Below, one piece after another: positions 11,736 through 24,081 of a stretch of DNA of 64,000 nt. Location: the NCBI GenBank assembly GCA_030704615.1, contig CM060732.1:69006001-69070000 (forward strand), written 5' to 3'. The notes under the pieces were generated by a model, which made no database searches, was not told the origin of the DNA, and worked only from the letters and a program-made list of their open reading frames with translations. Source of the stretch: Takakia lepidozioides. Taxonomy: Eukaryota; Plantae; Bryophyta. A program made the position numbers and the translations under genes. Every line of letters starts with the position of its first letter. The first letter of the stretch is position 1.

Positions 11736-13922
11736 CAAAGCACCCATGTGGGCAATACATCCTATGAAGACAAGAGAGTTAGTGTTGTTACAGGTGTTAC
11801 TATTCACAATGAGCATGATCGGATGATGGATATTAAGCAAGGCCAAGAAAGCATGTCAATAGGAAACTTGCAGGACATGAAGTAGCTCGCACACAAGGGA
11901 GTCAACCAAGTGGATTGTGATTTGCCCACCATCAAAATGGTGCAAACCAGGAGGAGATCTCGGCAACGGAGGCAAGAGAATGCTACTAACCATTCCAACA
12001 CCTCGAACTCAGCAACTGATGGTGTGAAGTTTGAATCTGCCTCTACTGATGAGACAAAAAGGGGGTGGCGCAGCCTGAGCGATCTGTTGGACCATGGCAT
12101 GAAATGAGAGGATGACACGGAGAATGATGAGAGCAGTGAGGCCAGACCTGGAGCATCCACTCGAAAAAGGGGTGAAAACCTACCATCACTGCCAACTGAG
12201 TAGAGGGCACCAAACTGGAGATGACGGCCCACTGTGTGTGCAGGAAAGAAAAATGTCTGAAAAGCTATGGTCAACTCCAACCAAAAGGAACAAGAGGCCC
12301 TGATTCTAGTAGCTGCAATGGGAAGATGAGGGTGAACCAGCAGCTACTGAGCCACATGATGGTATAAGGAGGAGTCCCAACCAGACATCCTGGATGACAT
12401 TGAGACTATGCACATTCTAACCTTTGGTGAGCCAAATGACTATCTTGAGAAGGAAGAAAGAAGGAGGGTTGTGAAGCGGGCAAAGCAGTACTCATTTTTG
12501 AAAGGCAATGTGTTTTTTGATGGGAAGCTAGTGCCACCTAAAAATGACAGACACTCACTGGTCATGAGGATTCACTCTGACACTGGACATTTTGGGATCA
12601 GACAAACACAAGAGGAAGTGTGTCGTCAGTACTTCTGGCATAACAGGACGGAGCTGATACGTAGTGTGATTCTATGTTGCCCACAGTGCCAGATCTAGAG
12701 CACTAAAGATAAAGGGGTCATGCGGTCTGGTTCATCCAGATTGAACAGTATTCCGGTGGTTGACCTTTTCTATAGGGTTGCATTTGATACTGCAGGTCCC
12801 CTGCCAGTCACTAAGCGGGGCAACAAATACATTTTGGTGGCAATTGACCATTATTCGAAATGGCTGGAAACTATGCCAGTGGTTGATCACTCCTCGCATT
12901 TGACTGCATGGTTTCTCGAGGAAGAAATCATTAGTAGGTATGGCTGTCCTCGCTTCATACTAACTGATAATGGTACAAAATGGAAAGGGGAATTTGACGA
13001 TGTGTGCACTATGTATGGGATAAGGAGGTAGCATAGTGCGCCCTACACTACAAGAGATGAGCGTTTTTAGGACTACGGATTTGGCGGAGTCATAAAAACA
13101 GCACTAGGTGTACGACTACAGAGCGCTGAAATGCGTTGCAGTCATAGTTTTACCACTTTGTAGTAATGGATATCACTACATGACTCCGGAAAGTTAGGGA
13201 GCATTGGTCAAACATTGTTGACCATGATGACAGGGATGGTTTTATGACTAGTGTGATATCTTTGACTACACATGGACGACGTTTCATGGAATCTTGTGAC
13301 TCCATGACTGAAGATGGTTTTACAGCTCTATTTATACGACTACATCCCTACACGTGTCATTTTGAAAGTACATACATGAATGTATTCATCCATTTGATAA
13401 GTTTATCCATCGATGACATGGCATGTAAACTTATGAGTCCCTTACTGCAAATTGTTTCATAACTCTATATATATGACTACATCATTACACGTGTCATTTA
13501 AAAGGCACATACATTAATGAATTCATCCAATGGATGGGTTCATCCCTCCGCCTATACGGTGTGTCGATTTGATATCTGTTCAATAAATTGGACCTGGATG
13601 GACGTGGCTTAACAAGCATCGCAAGATATATGAGATTAAAATACGCAATGGTCATGGTTGTACAAGGCTAGATCATGTGATGGAAATTATTTTGAATCGT
13701 TAGATTCTACAGGATCTAACGGTCTAGATTATTTAAGATCTAACGGTCTAGATTGTATAAGATCTAACGGTTTAAGATTACACCGTCGAACTTTACATCG
13801 GGCTGGGACTTAGGCTTTTTTGTCTCCTACGTTTCACCATCTATTTGATGTTGTGTCATGTATGCAAGGGCGTGGGATGGAGGCTTTGCAGACCTTCCTA
13901 CTCTTGAGAAAATGATGCAGGA

Positions 13923-14555
13923 ATGAGAAGAGGAGGAGGAGAGGAGACGATGCGTTGGGTATCTGACCAGGCTGGTGTGCTGAGCCGTGGGCTGCTGGAG
14001 CGAGTCAACACGGTCATTGATGTACTGCGCTACCACACGGGGACAGAGGTGATTGTGGTAACTGTGGAGGCACTTGACCATCCTGTTGTCTCCTCTGCAG
14101 TGTTTGTGGGGAAGTTTTATAGTTACTGGAACATGGACAAGAAAGCCAGCAGTAACAGCCTGTTGTTGCTCCTAGTGCTCTCAGATAAGAAGCTGGAGGT
14201 GGAGATAGGTTGGACTCTTGAGACAACTTTGGATAGGGATAGGGTGTGGGGTTCGCAAGGGTCATTGCTGCCAGTAGTGCTGAGAAGGAGGATTGGGCCT
14301 CTACTTGGCAAAGGCGAGTGTGAAAAGGGTATTGCAATTGCTGTGGAGACAGTGGCAGAAAGGGTGTGGGACGTAGCTGGTCTTCCTAGTGCACAGGAGG
14401 GGCTCTGGTGGCAGAGAGTGAGTCTGCTGGATATGGTTTGGATTAGTGTGCCAATAATCCTTTCGAGTGGCAACATGCATCAAACTGCACCTTATGGGCA
14501 CGCAAATGGACCTTCAAATGCAAGTTTGACGCCTGGTGACAGCTTTTCTGTGTGA
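13923..14555 (+). CDS. Captured TPM-domain (TLP18.3/Psb32/MOLO-1, YgcG-like) ORF with C-terminal hydrophobic segment
   Basis: WVSDQAGVLS...TGTEVIVVTV...YW...SNSLLLLLVLSDKKLEVEIGWTLE...IGPLL.KGE.EKGI...V matches the TPM consensus; intronless, 210 aa. Confidence 0.8.
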   Translation: MRRGGGEETMRWVSDQAGVLSRGLLERVNTVIDVLRYHTGTEVIVVTVEALDHPVVSSAVFVGKFYSYWNMDKKASSNSLLLLLVLSDKKLEVEIGWTLETTLDRDRVWGSQGSLLPVVLRRRIGPLLGKGECEKGIAIAVETVAERVWDVAGLPSAQEGLWWQRVSLLDMVWISVPIILSSGNMHQTAPYGHANGPSNASLTPGDSFSV

Positions 14556-15802
14556 CATTTGACGGAGTGGAGGGAGCATAGGCTCTGCAGCTGATGCTCA
14601 ACCGGTGCCATGAGGAAAAGCACTGATGTAAGTCTTCAGGTTTTGAATAAGAAAGTTCCAGCAGCATGTAGGATAGAAAGTTTGCCAAATTCCTCCTTAG
14701 GATTGGTTGCAGAAGACCTATCCGAGGGTTCAACACGGTCTTGCTACCAAAAGGTACTGACATGTAGTGCACGTATGGCTATTACTTCACCTGGGTAGAG
14801 TAAGGACACCAATATCCTCCCAATAACTTAGGCTGTGAGGCTACTTTATACATAATCACCACAACACTACCATGAAGTACAAATTGTATTCTGCCATCAA
14901 CCAATTGGACGACATGCTTGAGTTTGCGACATCTGCCTCTTGCAGCCATTCGGACTCAGTTTCAAGTATCATCACACAAGCCAGGACAGTTTTGAGTGCA
15001 CAATCAGCCAATCCTTCTGTCTAACTTGCCAAGTAAACTTGTGGCAGTGTGGTGGTGGCAGCCAATGGAATACATGCTTGGGTTTGTGACATATGACACC
15101 TGCAGCCATTCAGACTCAGTTAATGCATCGTCACACAGGTTAGGAAAGAAAGTTTTGAGTGCAAAATTGGTCAATCTGCCTGTTAGCGTAGCTTTTCAAG
15201 TGAGAATGGTCTCAAGGACTCGCTTGAGCATGTATGACCCCTAAGCTTTTCTGTTTACTCGGGCACACTTAAACAAACTCGACCTTATTGCCTCAACCTC
15301 CTCATTGTGTGTTGCTCATAGCAGGGCTCCCAAGGACGGTCTCATTGCTCAATTCGAACTGTGTAACATCTTTGCACATTATATCAGAGTACAGCACATG
15401 GAGTCTTTTGGCATTTTCCTGTTGATCTGTAGACATCAATGGACAGCACCAATGTATATGTGTACATTCCGGCATCCTCACGTGATTCTGTGCATTCCTC
15501 CACCATCATGGTAAGCTTCTTTTCAGTCTTTTCAGTCTGTTAGTTCTGGCAGATTTCTTGTAGCTATTGATCCACAGGGAATCAGAACTAATATTGTGTT
15601 TGAAATCCGGCCCTCTTGGATGAACCTGGACCTCTATCCCTGGTCCTTCAGCTATCCCTGTCTGTGTACAAATCATGAATACTTGCTGCTAGCAGCTGAC
15701 ACTGACGGCGTGAAGTTCTTCCAGCAAACCCCAACCCTAATTATTAGGGTAGTTCTAATTCTAAATTGCATCTACTTCTCTCTAGTGTAGTCCAACATGC
15801 AC

Positions 15803-16318
15803 TCACCTTTTTGTCTCCATTGTCCCGCCATTGACTGGGGTCGGAAAAGTGTTCATTCCAAAGCTTCTCCTCATCTCTGTTACCTGTTTTTGGATACTTT
15901 CATGTTGCCACATCGGCAGCAACTTGTCAAAGTCACTCTAAACAACCACAGATCCACCCACCGAGCTAACTTACAAAATTCAATATGCATCTCAGGGCCG
16001 AGTCTGATGAGAGGGCAAAACAGGCTGAAATAGGTCGAAGAAGAAGGTATCCTCACTACATTGTCCTTTACCTTGTGTCATGACCCATGGAGGATTTGAC
16101 CGACCATCAACCCAAAAAGACCTCTTGTGTGTGCTGCTTGTATCTGTAGTCAGGTAATGTCGGATTGGTATGTGAGATCGAACCACCACGGTGCAACTGA
16201 GCAGGCAGAGATTGAAACACGGCCTGCTATGACCAAGCTGAGCTCCTCGGGGACGCTTGTGAGCGTAGCCACATACGGAGGATGTCCCGCGTACAATACG
16301 CATTGTACACGCTGCCAT
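15803..16318 (-). pseudogene. Captured two-exon 5' fragment of an unidentified host gene (possible transit peptide)
   Basis: MAACTMRIVRG...VMTQ ends at a GTAAAG donor (~16072); the next exon SDFDKLLPMWQHESIQKQVTEMRRSFGMNTFPTPVNGG ends at GTGAGT. A diverged inverted copy lies at ~16790-17780. Confidence 0.5.
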
Positions 16319-16373
16319 GGCTGCTCATCCTTGAAATCCTACAGCCTGCGCTGTTGCTGGCGGTTTGAGGTAG

Positions 16374-16607
<234 letters not shown>

Positions 16608-16994
16608 TAACCTGGTGGTGAGGACACAGAGGCTTATCTAGGGCCTGATTTTAATTCTACCGAGACATGTTGTATGTTGTCATTTGCAGTCAACCTGGCT
16701 GCAATGCAGTTCACCTGATCAACCATCAGCATGCCAACGGGGTGTTGGATGGCTAGTTTTGTAGTGACGAGAAAATGGTCTGCTAATAAAGGCACCTTTT
16801 TCAACACATTTCACCCTGTTTTTCCCTCTTATCAAAATCGGCCCTAAATTTTCATGTTGAATTCTGCAAGTTAGTTGGTTGAGTGAACCTGGGATAGTTT
16901 GGAGTGACTTTGACATGATACTGCCAATGTGACAACATGAAAGTATCCAAAAGAGGTAACAGAGATGAAGAGAAGCTGTGGAATGAATACTTTC

Positions 16995-17415
16995 CCCTAG
17001 TTCTGGACATATATGCCAATGTCAAGGGAGTGTTCAACACTATGGCTAAACGAGATGTGGTGTCGTGGAGTGCGATGCTTGCAGGGTATGCACAACAGGA
17101 TGGAGGCTTTGGATACCTATAAGCAAATGATGGGGAAAGGGGTGAAGCTCGACCACATCATTTTAGTGTGTGTTTGTAGTGCGTGTGCAAGCCTGGCAGC
17201 CCGGGAAAAGGGCAAAGAGGTGCATGGTTGCATCACCAAAGCTGGAATTGTACCATGTGTGATTTTGAACAATACCTCGTGGACATGTATGCCAAATGTG
17301 GGAGCATTGAGGATGCGGAGAGAGCCTTCAACACTATGGCTGAACAAGATGTGGTGTCGTGAAACGCGATGCTTGCACGATATGCACAGCAAGGGCGCGG
17401 GATGGAGGTTTTGGA
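16995..17415 (+). pseudogene. Captured PLS-class PPR fragment, frameshifted
   Basis: DIYANVKGVFNTMAKRDVVSWSAMLAGYAQ; GVKLDHIILVCVCSACASLAAREKGKEVHG; DMYAKCGSIEDA. Confidence 0.9.
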
Positions 17416-19416
17416 GACATGAAAGTATTGAAAAACAGTTAACAGAGACGAGGAGAAGCTCTGGAATGAATATGTTTCCGACCCCAGTCAATGGTGGAAC
17501 AATCCAGGCAAAAAGGTAATTTCCTGTTGGAAGCAGATGCAAAGTCAGCATAGGAACTAGTGTGATAAGTAGGGTTGGGGTGTTTGTTGGAATACTTATA
17601 GGCTGTCATTGTCAGCTGCTAGCAGCAAGGCAATGATGTATGCATGATTTGTGCAGAGGCAAGGATATATGAAGGAGCAGGGATAGAGTGTAGGTCCAGA
17701 TTCATCCAAGAGGGCCGGATTTCAATCTCCAGATTACCTATGATTCCCTGTGGAAGGATAGCTACAAGAAACCTGCATGGGTAGATGATCAATTGGTTGG
17801 TTTTGAGCTGAAGAGCACGACCCCTGCAGGGATGTCTCTCCATCTGTAGATCCTTTAGGAAGTGAAAGGCTAGGGCCCAGCTTTCTTATGACAGTGTTAG
17901 CTGATTTTCAGTTCTTCTCCTCAGCTCGGTGCCTTTCTGTTTCCAAGTTATGGCAGTAGTTTCTGGCTGCAGTCTCTTTTCCTGCTAGACTCTTTAACTC
18001 TATGCAGACCCCCTTCTTTACTTGCTTTCCTTCTTACTACTCTTTCTTGTCTTGGTACGCGAAGCTGTGTCTTCCTCTTTCAGCCTCTATGGCACTCTAT
18101 CCAGAGGTTATTTTTTCCTCTTTGTATCTAAGGACATTTTATGTCCATTACCTATAAAGTTATGGAGGCCATTGTCCCCCCACTATCCCTCTTTGTTAAC
18201 AAAAAAATAAAAATAAAAATAAAAGACAACAATGGCTTCCATTCTATGAACCTAGAAACCTAATGAGAATTTAAATCAATTAATAATCTAAATATTATAA
18301 TTGTATGATTTAATTTATTAAATTAAAATATTATTAAAAAACCTCTTTAGTCATGAAGTTATATACTCATGACTACATCATGGCATCATGGCATTATATG
18401 ATACGATATTCTTTCCCACGTGTAGATCATATATGTTGTCCATGTGGACACGTATCACATCTGGAGTGCTACATGTGTCCCTCGGACGCCTCTCCAATGG
18501 AGTCATATACTTTGTAGACATGTAGTCATATAGTTAATCATATATAAATCATATAGTTGTGACTACATCGCTCTCTGCAGCTTGACTCTAGGTGCCACGC
18601 ACGCAGTCACGGCTATGACTTGCAAAACGCAGTCCTAAAGACTAGTCGCTATGACAGGGCTTTTTTCACTACAGAGTGATGTAGTCATGAACGCATATAG
18701 GACTGAAAAAATAATCATATGTGCAGTCATAAAAACGCTCATCTGTTGTAGTGCTACTGGCCTCAGTGCAATGGGATGTTTGAAAGGGTGATTAAATCGC
18801 TGAAAATCAGCATAACTACCCTAGGAACCAGCAACTCTATTGAGTGGGACAAACATTTGTATAAGGCCTTGATGGGATACAGGATGGGGGTACAAGCCAC
18901 CACCAACTTCTCCCCTTTTCAGGTTCTGACTGGGAGGTTGCCTAGGTTAGGCATTGACAATGAGTTGAGCCAGTAGAGGATAGTGACTCACCGGAGGCCA
19001 TGGCTGTGATGATGAGCAAGAAGGTGCAATTCCTTCATGAGCTCAAGCACAAATTGAAATCCAATGTCAAGAAGGGTCAGCAACGCCAAGCACAAGGCTA
19101 TGGACGTAGGAAAGGAGCTAGTCATTAGTATGAGGAGCTGCTTGATAACGCTCTGGTGATGATGATTCGACCAGGAAAGCAGGGAGCTATGGTAAGTCCA
19201 TGGGAGGGGGCGTATTCCTTTCAGGGATACAAAAATCCAGAGAATTCAAGACCAGCCAGTGAGGTTGAACGCAAATGTTTGTTGAAGGATGGTGCTGGCA
19301 AGATATGGGTGCGCAACAGACGAGACATTAAACTGTATGTGCAGGATGTGACCAAGGAAGGAGGTACAATGGACAACAGGGACGCTGTCTCTTAAAAAAG
19401 GGAGACTCACTACACA

Positions 19417-21280
19417 TGTAGTGGAAAGATATGGTGTCTCATGTGTTGCAAATTTTCCTAAGTATCGTGACATTGTGTTAATGTAGTAATGGATGATTTT
19501 TGGTGCAACTCTGATGATGTAGTTGATATCATTCATCTGCCCTAGTTTCATAACAGCATAGGTGGCTCGTAGAGACATGTGCTTCAAAAAATGGTTTGTG
19601 ATGAAGAGCTTCTGCTGCAAATCAGATACGGCTTGTGAAATTTGTGGAGCAGGAGTGAGTCTTTATGCATAAACATTTGTCATTTAGGGGGTCCATGCAA
19701 TCTCGTGAGCAGCGTTTGTGATATGGGAATGATGGCAGATCTAGAAACTGTAGGAGGCTTTGATGCCCGGAGTGCTCGATTAGAATAGCAGAGGATGATT
19801 TGCGTCTGAGAGAGAATCTAAGGGCCAAGATAGGATAACATCAACGTTATGAAGACAATTTGTAAAAACTGCCAAAGGGGACAAGACGATCATCACCGGA
19901 GGGGATGGAGAAAGACATATAAGCGGTTGCGAGGCAGGTGGAACAGGAGTTTTTGGGGTGATTGGGAGGCTGAAAGCAGTGAAGGTGAAGGATTGAGCAA
20001 AGCCAGTTGGAGGGTGAGGTAGGATGCAATGGACAAGTAGGTTGTGGGTGAAATATGGTGGCTGCTGGGATGTTCACCTGAATCAGGCTGTTGAATTTGA
20101 TTGGCAGTAAAGAAGTTGAAGTGTCATCTATTGCTTTGGGAGATCTTGTTGTTCTCGTCATGAAACCCTAGAGAGAGATTGCAACTTTGATTTTGTTGTA
20201 GCAAATGGAATGTCAGATTTCCGTGGTACCCTGAATACGGTTAGGTGAGTGAAATTACAGACTGGAGTGGTGCTGCCCTGTCAGGTCCATGGAATCTACA
20301 GTCTAGAACAAAGTAGAGTCAGAGAGGCAAGAAGGGGAGGAAATGTTGGATTCATCAAATTTGTGCAATGTTGGGACTTAAGACATGAAGTTGTAGTGGG
20401 ATGACCTGCTGTCCTGGGTGAGGTGATGATTTGGCTGTTGAATTATTTAGAGCGGAGAGTGAGATGGAGGGAGTTGACTGAATGTTGAAGCACGTTGGTG
20501 CTTGATTATGGATACGTTATGGAGAGCTCGCTGCCTGAGTGAGATTAAGTACGCCTTAAAAGATGAGGTTGTAACAGAAGGAAATGACCAAATTTCTGTC
20601 AAGTGTAATCATACCCTACCCTGCACATTAGATTGCACAAACCACAGTCAACCTGAGTAGTTCTATATCCATTCATGTCCATGGAACTTGCAATTTGGGG
20701 ATAAGAGATAGTCCAAGAAAAGGGGAATGGTGAAGCCAGAAAATTAGTGATGGTGGGAGAATGTTTAAGAGCTTGTGATGACTCCATAGGTAGCTGGTGG
20801 GTGGTTGTCAGTATCATCTCTTCTCTGCAGAATGAGCTGAGAGAAAACAGAGTAGATGGTGAGCTTGAGTGCACAAATAAGGTCAACTCCAGAGATGATA
20901 AGGCCACTTAGGTTGCATGGCTAAATAGAGAATGTGAACCAGCCCTGTGATGGTTCTCAGAAAGAACATAAGAGTGAGGAGAAAAGATAAGAGAAGGAGA
21001 GGGGCCGGGTAAGCTATTGCACAACTTGATCAAACAAATTCAAAGGTGTTGCAGCCATAACAAATGCTTGTACTTGGTGACCCTCATGGGCATACTCACG
21101 TTGTGGATGATTAGTTATGTACAGAGAGAATACATGAGCACATGCAATCACCACTCTTCATGAGATCAACGAGAGCGCGCCATGACTGTCTTCTCTTCCG
21201 CTGGGGCGGTTGTGGCGTGTAATTTGGTTACAACTCTGACTGTGGAGTATAGATAGTTAGGGTAAAGATGGGGGCCCTCT
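19417..21280 (+). repeat. Putative LTR (~1.9 kb) between a PPT and a PBS
   Basis: Follows the integrase end and PPT AAAAAAGGGAGA; starts TGTAG; ends GGGGCCCTCT (CA not intact) before TGGTATCAGAGC. No second copy in the window to confirm the limits. Confidence 0.55.
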
Positions 21281-21282
21281 TT

Positions 21283-21294
21283 TGGTATCAGAGC
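21283..21294 (+). promoter_or_regulatory. PBS complementary to the tRNA-iMet 3' end
   Basis: Exact TGGTATCAGAGC. Confidence 0.85.
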
Positions 21295-21639
21295 TTGTCA
21301 TCTTGAGGACTTAGATATTTTTGTTTGAGGCTGTGTGTGTGTTTGCTCTGTGTGTGATGTTTCTCTATGGCTGGACGTGATCATACCCTGATCCCAGACG
21401 AAACAGCCATTGGAGACGTCTTAATCTGTTTTAGCCAGCGTGCTGGAAATGTGCATTCTGAATCTAGGCTCTACTTCTTCAATCCTTCGTGGAGATTGTA
21501 TGATGGTGATCTATGCCTAAGAGTCATCCATGCCGGGGGCAGAAGTACCATTGCACTTTGGGTGAGAGAAACAGGGAGATGGGAAAAGATAAATACCATG
21601 GCAAGGGAGGTGACTTGGGGTGGAAGAGTTGAGATGCTT

Positions 21640-23217
21640 AGAAATGGGCAGTCTACACAACAACTTGTAAAGGCACTTATCACGGATACCATGTCCAACC
21701 ACCACTTTCTTGTTATTTCGTATGAGGCAACTATTCTCTCCAAACTCGAACATATGACTTTGCGAGGTTGCTTTCGTCACAGAGAAGAGATTCTTGTCTA
21801 TCCCAGGGACGTGTAAGACATTGGTTAGTACAACCTCAATGGTGTTACTTCCCACCAACATCGACATGGAAATTTTTCCTTTCCCTTGAGTAGAGTTATC
21901 CCCCATATATATCTTGACAGGTGGAATACTCTCATACTCAATGAACCAATCTCTCCGATGAGACAAATGGGTGGATGCCCCAGAGTCTATGTACCACATA
22001 TCTAAGTCAGAGAAGACAGATAAATCTGACACAAAAGCCTCACCGCTAGTTTCAGCACTATTTCCCTATTCACTCTTCTTTTTCTTCCAGTCGAGTTTTC
22101 TCTTCTTGCACTCTCTCGCCCAGTGGCCAGGCTCATTGCAATAATTGCAAATATCATTGCTTTTGTCTCTGCCTTTTTTGTAATCCGTCATGTTCTTCTG
22201 GGCAAGCAATACTGATTCGCTCGACTTAGATTCAGAAGATCCACTCTTCTCCTTTCTCATGAGTTCTTCATTCAACAACCTAGTAGCCACAACTTCCCAA
22301 GTGAGTTTTTGAGGATCAAAGGACTCTAGAGATTCCAAAGATGTGACAAGAAACTTGTAGCTCTCTAGTAAGCTCATTAATAGTACCATGACCTTTACCT
22401 CTACTGGAATGGGTGCTCCGATAGCATCCAACTCTTTAACCATGGCTCCCAACTTATTTAAGTGATCTTCCATGGTGTCAGTTGGACTCATCAATGAGGT
22501 GAAGAACTTCCTTGTCAGAAACAATCGGTTGGTCAAACCTTTGTCAACATATCTCCTTTCAAGAGCCTCCCAAATTCCCTTTGCAGTGGTTTCTTTCCTC
22601 ATAGTGAGCAACTGACTATCAGAAAGGCTTTGCACAATGAGATTAAAGAGCTCTACTCTCCTTCTTGGTGTAGGTAGTAAGCGCGGCAACATCCGCTCTA
22701 CTGGGCTTGACTTCCTTTCCATCAATCAGACTCTACAGCTCCCTAGCCTTTAACATTGTCTCCATCTTGAACTTCCAAAGCATGAAGTCATTTCCTACAA
22801 ACTTATCTGTATACCCGTAGCATGGGCCCATAACCTGTGAGTTTTCTACGTCCTCCATCTTGAGGAGACTCTATTAGAGAACTGGCAGTAAACAAAATGA
22901 GGACACTACTTGAGACAGACATAAAAGACTTAGAGATTGCACTTTGAGATAAACACCAAGCCTAAATTTTGATTAGATGGATACACAATATATACATGTG
23001 AGACCTCTGTGAGAGGCAGCTCCTGTTAACTATATCAACTGCACTATTCTCGAAGAGACACCTATCTGCAAGAGAAAAAAAGCAAAACTAATAACTAATG
23101 CAAGTTGCACCCCAACTACCCTAGAGGTGGAAACTGAAGCACCATCGGCTGGATTCTCCGAAACTCAAGCGCTGATCACCGAGACTGAAGCTCAATCTTG
23201 ATCACCCTTAGTTGACA
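21640..23217 (-). mobile_element. 3'-truncated Ty1/Copia element (5' LTR ~22836..23217, PBS, gag, protease)
   Basis: DKFVGNDFMLWKFKME; TAKGIWEALE; CNYCNEPGHWAREC; WYIDSGASTH; VLHVP...NLFSV; PBS GGTTATGGGCCCA at 22823-22835 directly after ...CTCACA. Confidence 0.9.
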
Positions 23218-24081
23218 ATTAAGGGCTCCCCACACAGCCCGTGAAGATTATACAGAGCTCTATGGATATCTGCTCTTTGTGGAACTCCATTAAACTGGGA
23301 TTGACACAATCATATCCGTAGCTAGTGTCAAAACCAACTTGTCCCACGAACTTGGTCTGCAATGCCAGTTCTGGCCCCTGGGGCGTGAGGAAGGAGTAGA
23401 ACGAGGGAGCGTTGGAATTTTTCATATGCTGCCCCGCGTGGTTAAAGTTAGTACGTGGGGGTGGGTAGGGGTTATCTCGTCCGACAAATACTGGGGTAGT
23501 TAGCGACGATTAGCGGTGATTAACTTTAACAGTGGCAACTACATAAACTTAGCCATGGCTAAATCGTCCGGTGCGGTCAGGGCCTAGCAATCATTGAATT
23601 CATTGAGCGAAATTTCATTCATTCTGGGACAAGGAATTTCCTTTTAGATAGAGAGAGATTTTACAAGATTTTCAAACCCACTTTATGTATAAACTGTACA
23701 TGTGGGAAATATGATCAGCCCTACGAAGATCAGTCCATATGACTTGGACTCTGAGCTTCTGTATATTTTTGTCTACATAAATGCCTTTCTTAAATTGCCT
23801 TCTTTCACACATGACAAAAATCAGCTCAATTGGTATAATCTCTGCCAAATGTTGCAGCATATTATCATGTGCTAACATGTAAATACATAAAGATCATAAC
23901 CCATATTTCTCCCTATCATCTCTCATGCAATGTCAACAAAACCCTCCTCCGCTTCTGGGGAACTCAAGGGTCCACATCCAAATACTCCTAATTAGTGGAC
24001 AGGTTTCAAAAATCACACTAGCAGAAATCAAGAGCACTTGCTCATTGGGTCCAATCAAGGCCCAAACATATGGACCGAGTG

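Noticed and set aside
8627-13462. Duplicated 72-aa ORFs MTSVISLTT... (8627..8845, 13244..13462)
   Set aside because: Chance ORFs within the duplicated CACTA subterminal region; no transposase similarity.
13923-14555. Direct bacterial horizontal transfer or contamination
   Set aside because: The ORF is embedded among plant PPR and intron-bearing fragments inside a plant CACTA; origin cannot be claimed without a phylogeny.
23221-23585. Possible Tourist-like MITE (also 39176-39477)
   Set aside because: TIR match too short or imperfect and no consistent TSD.
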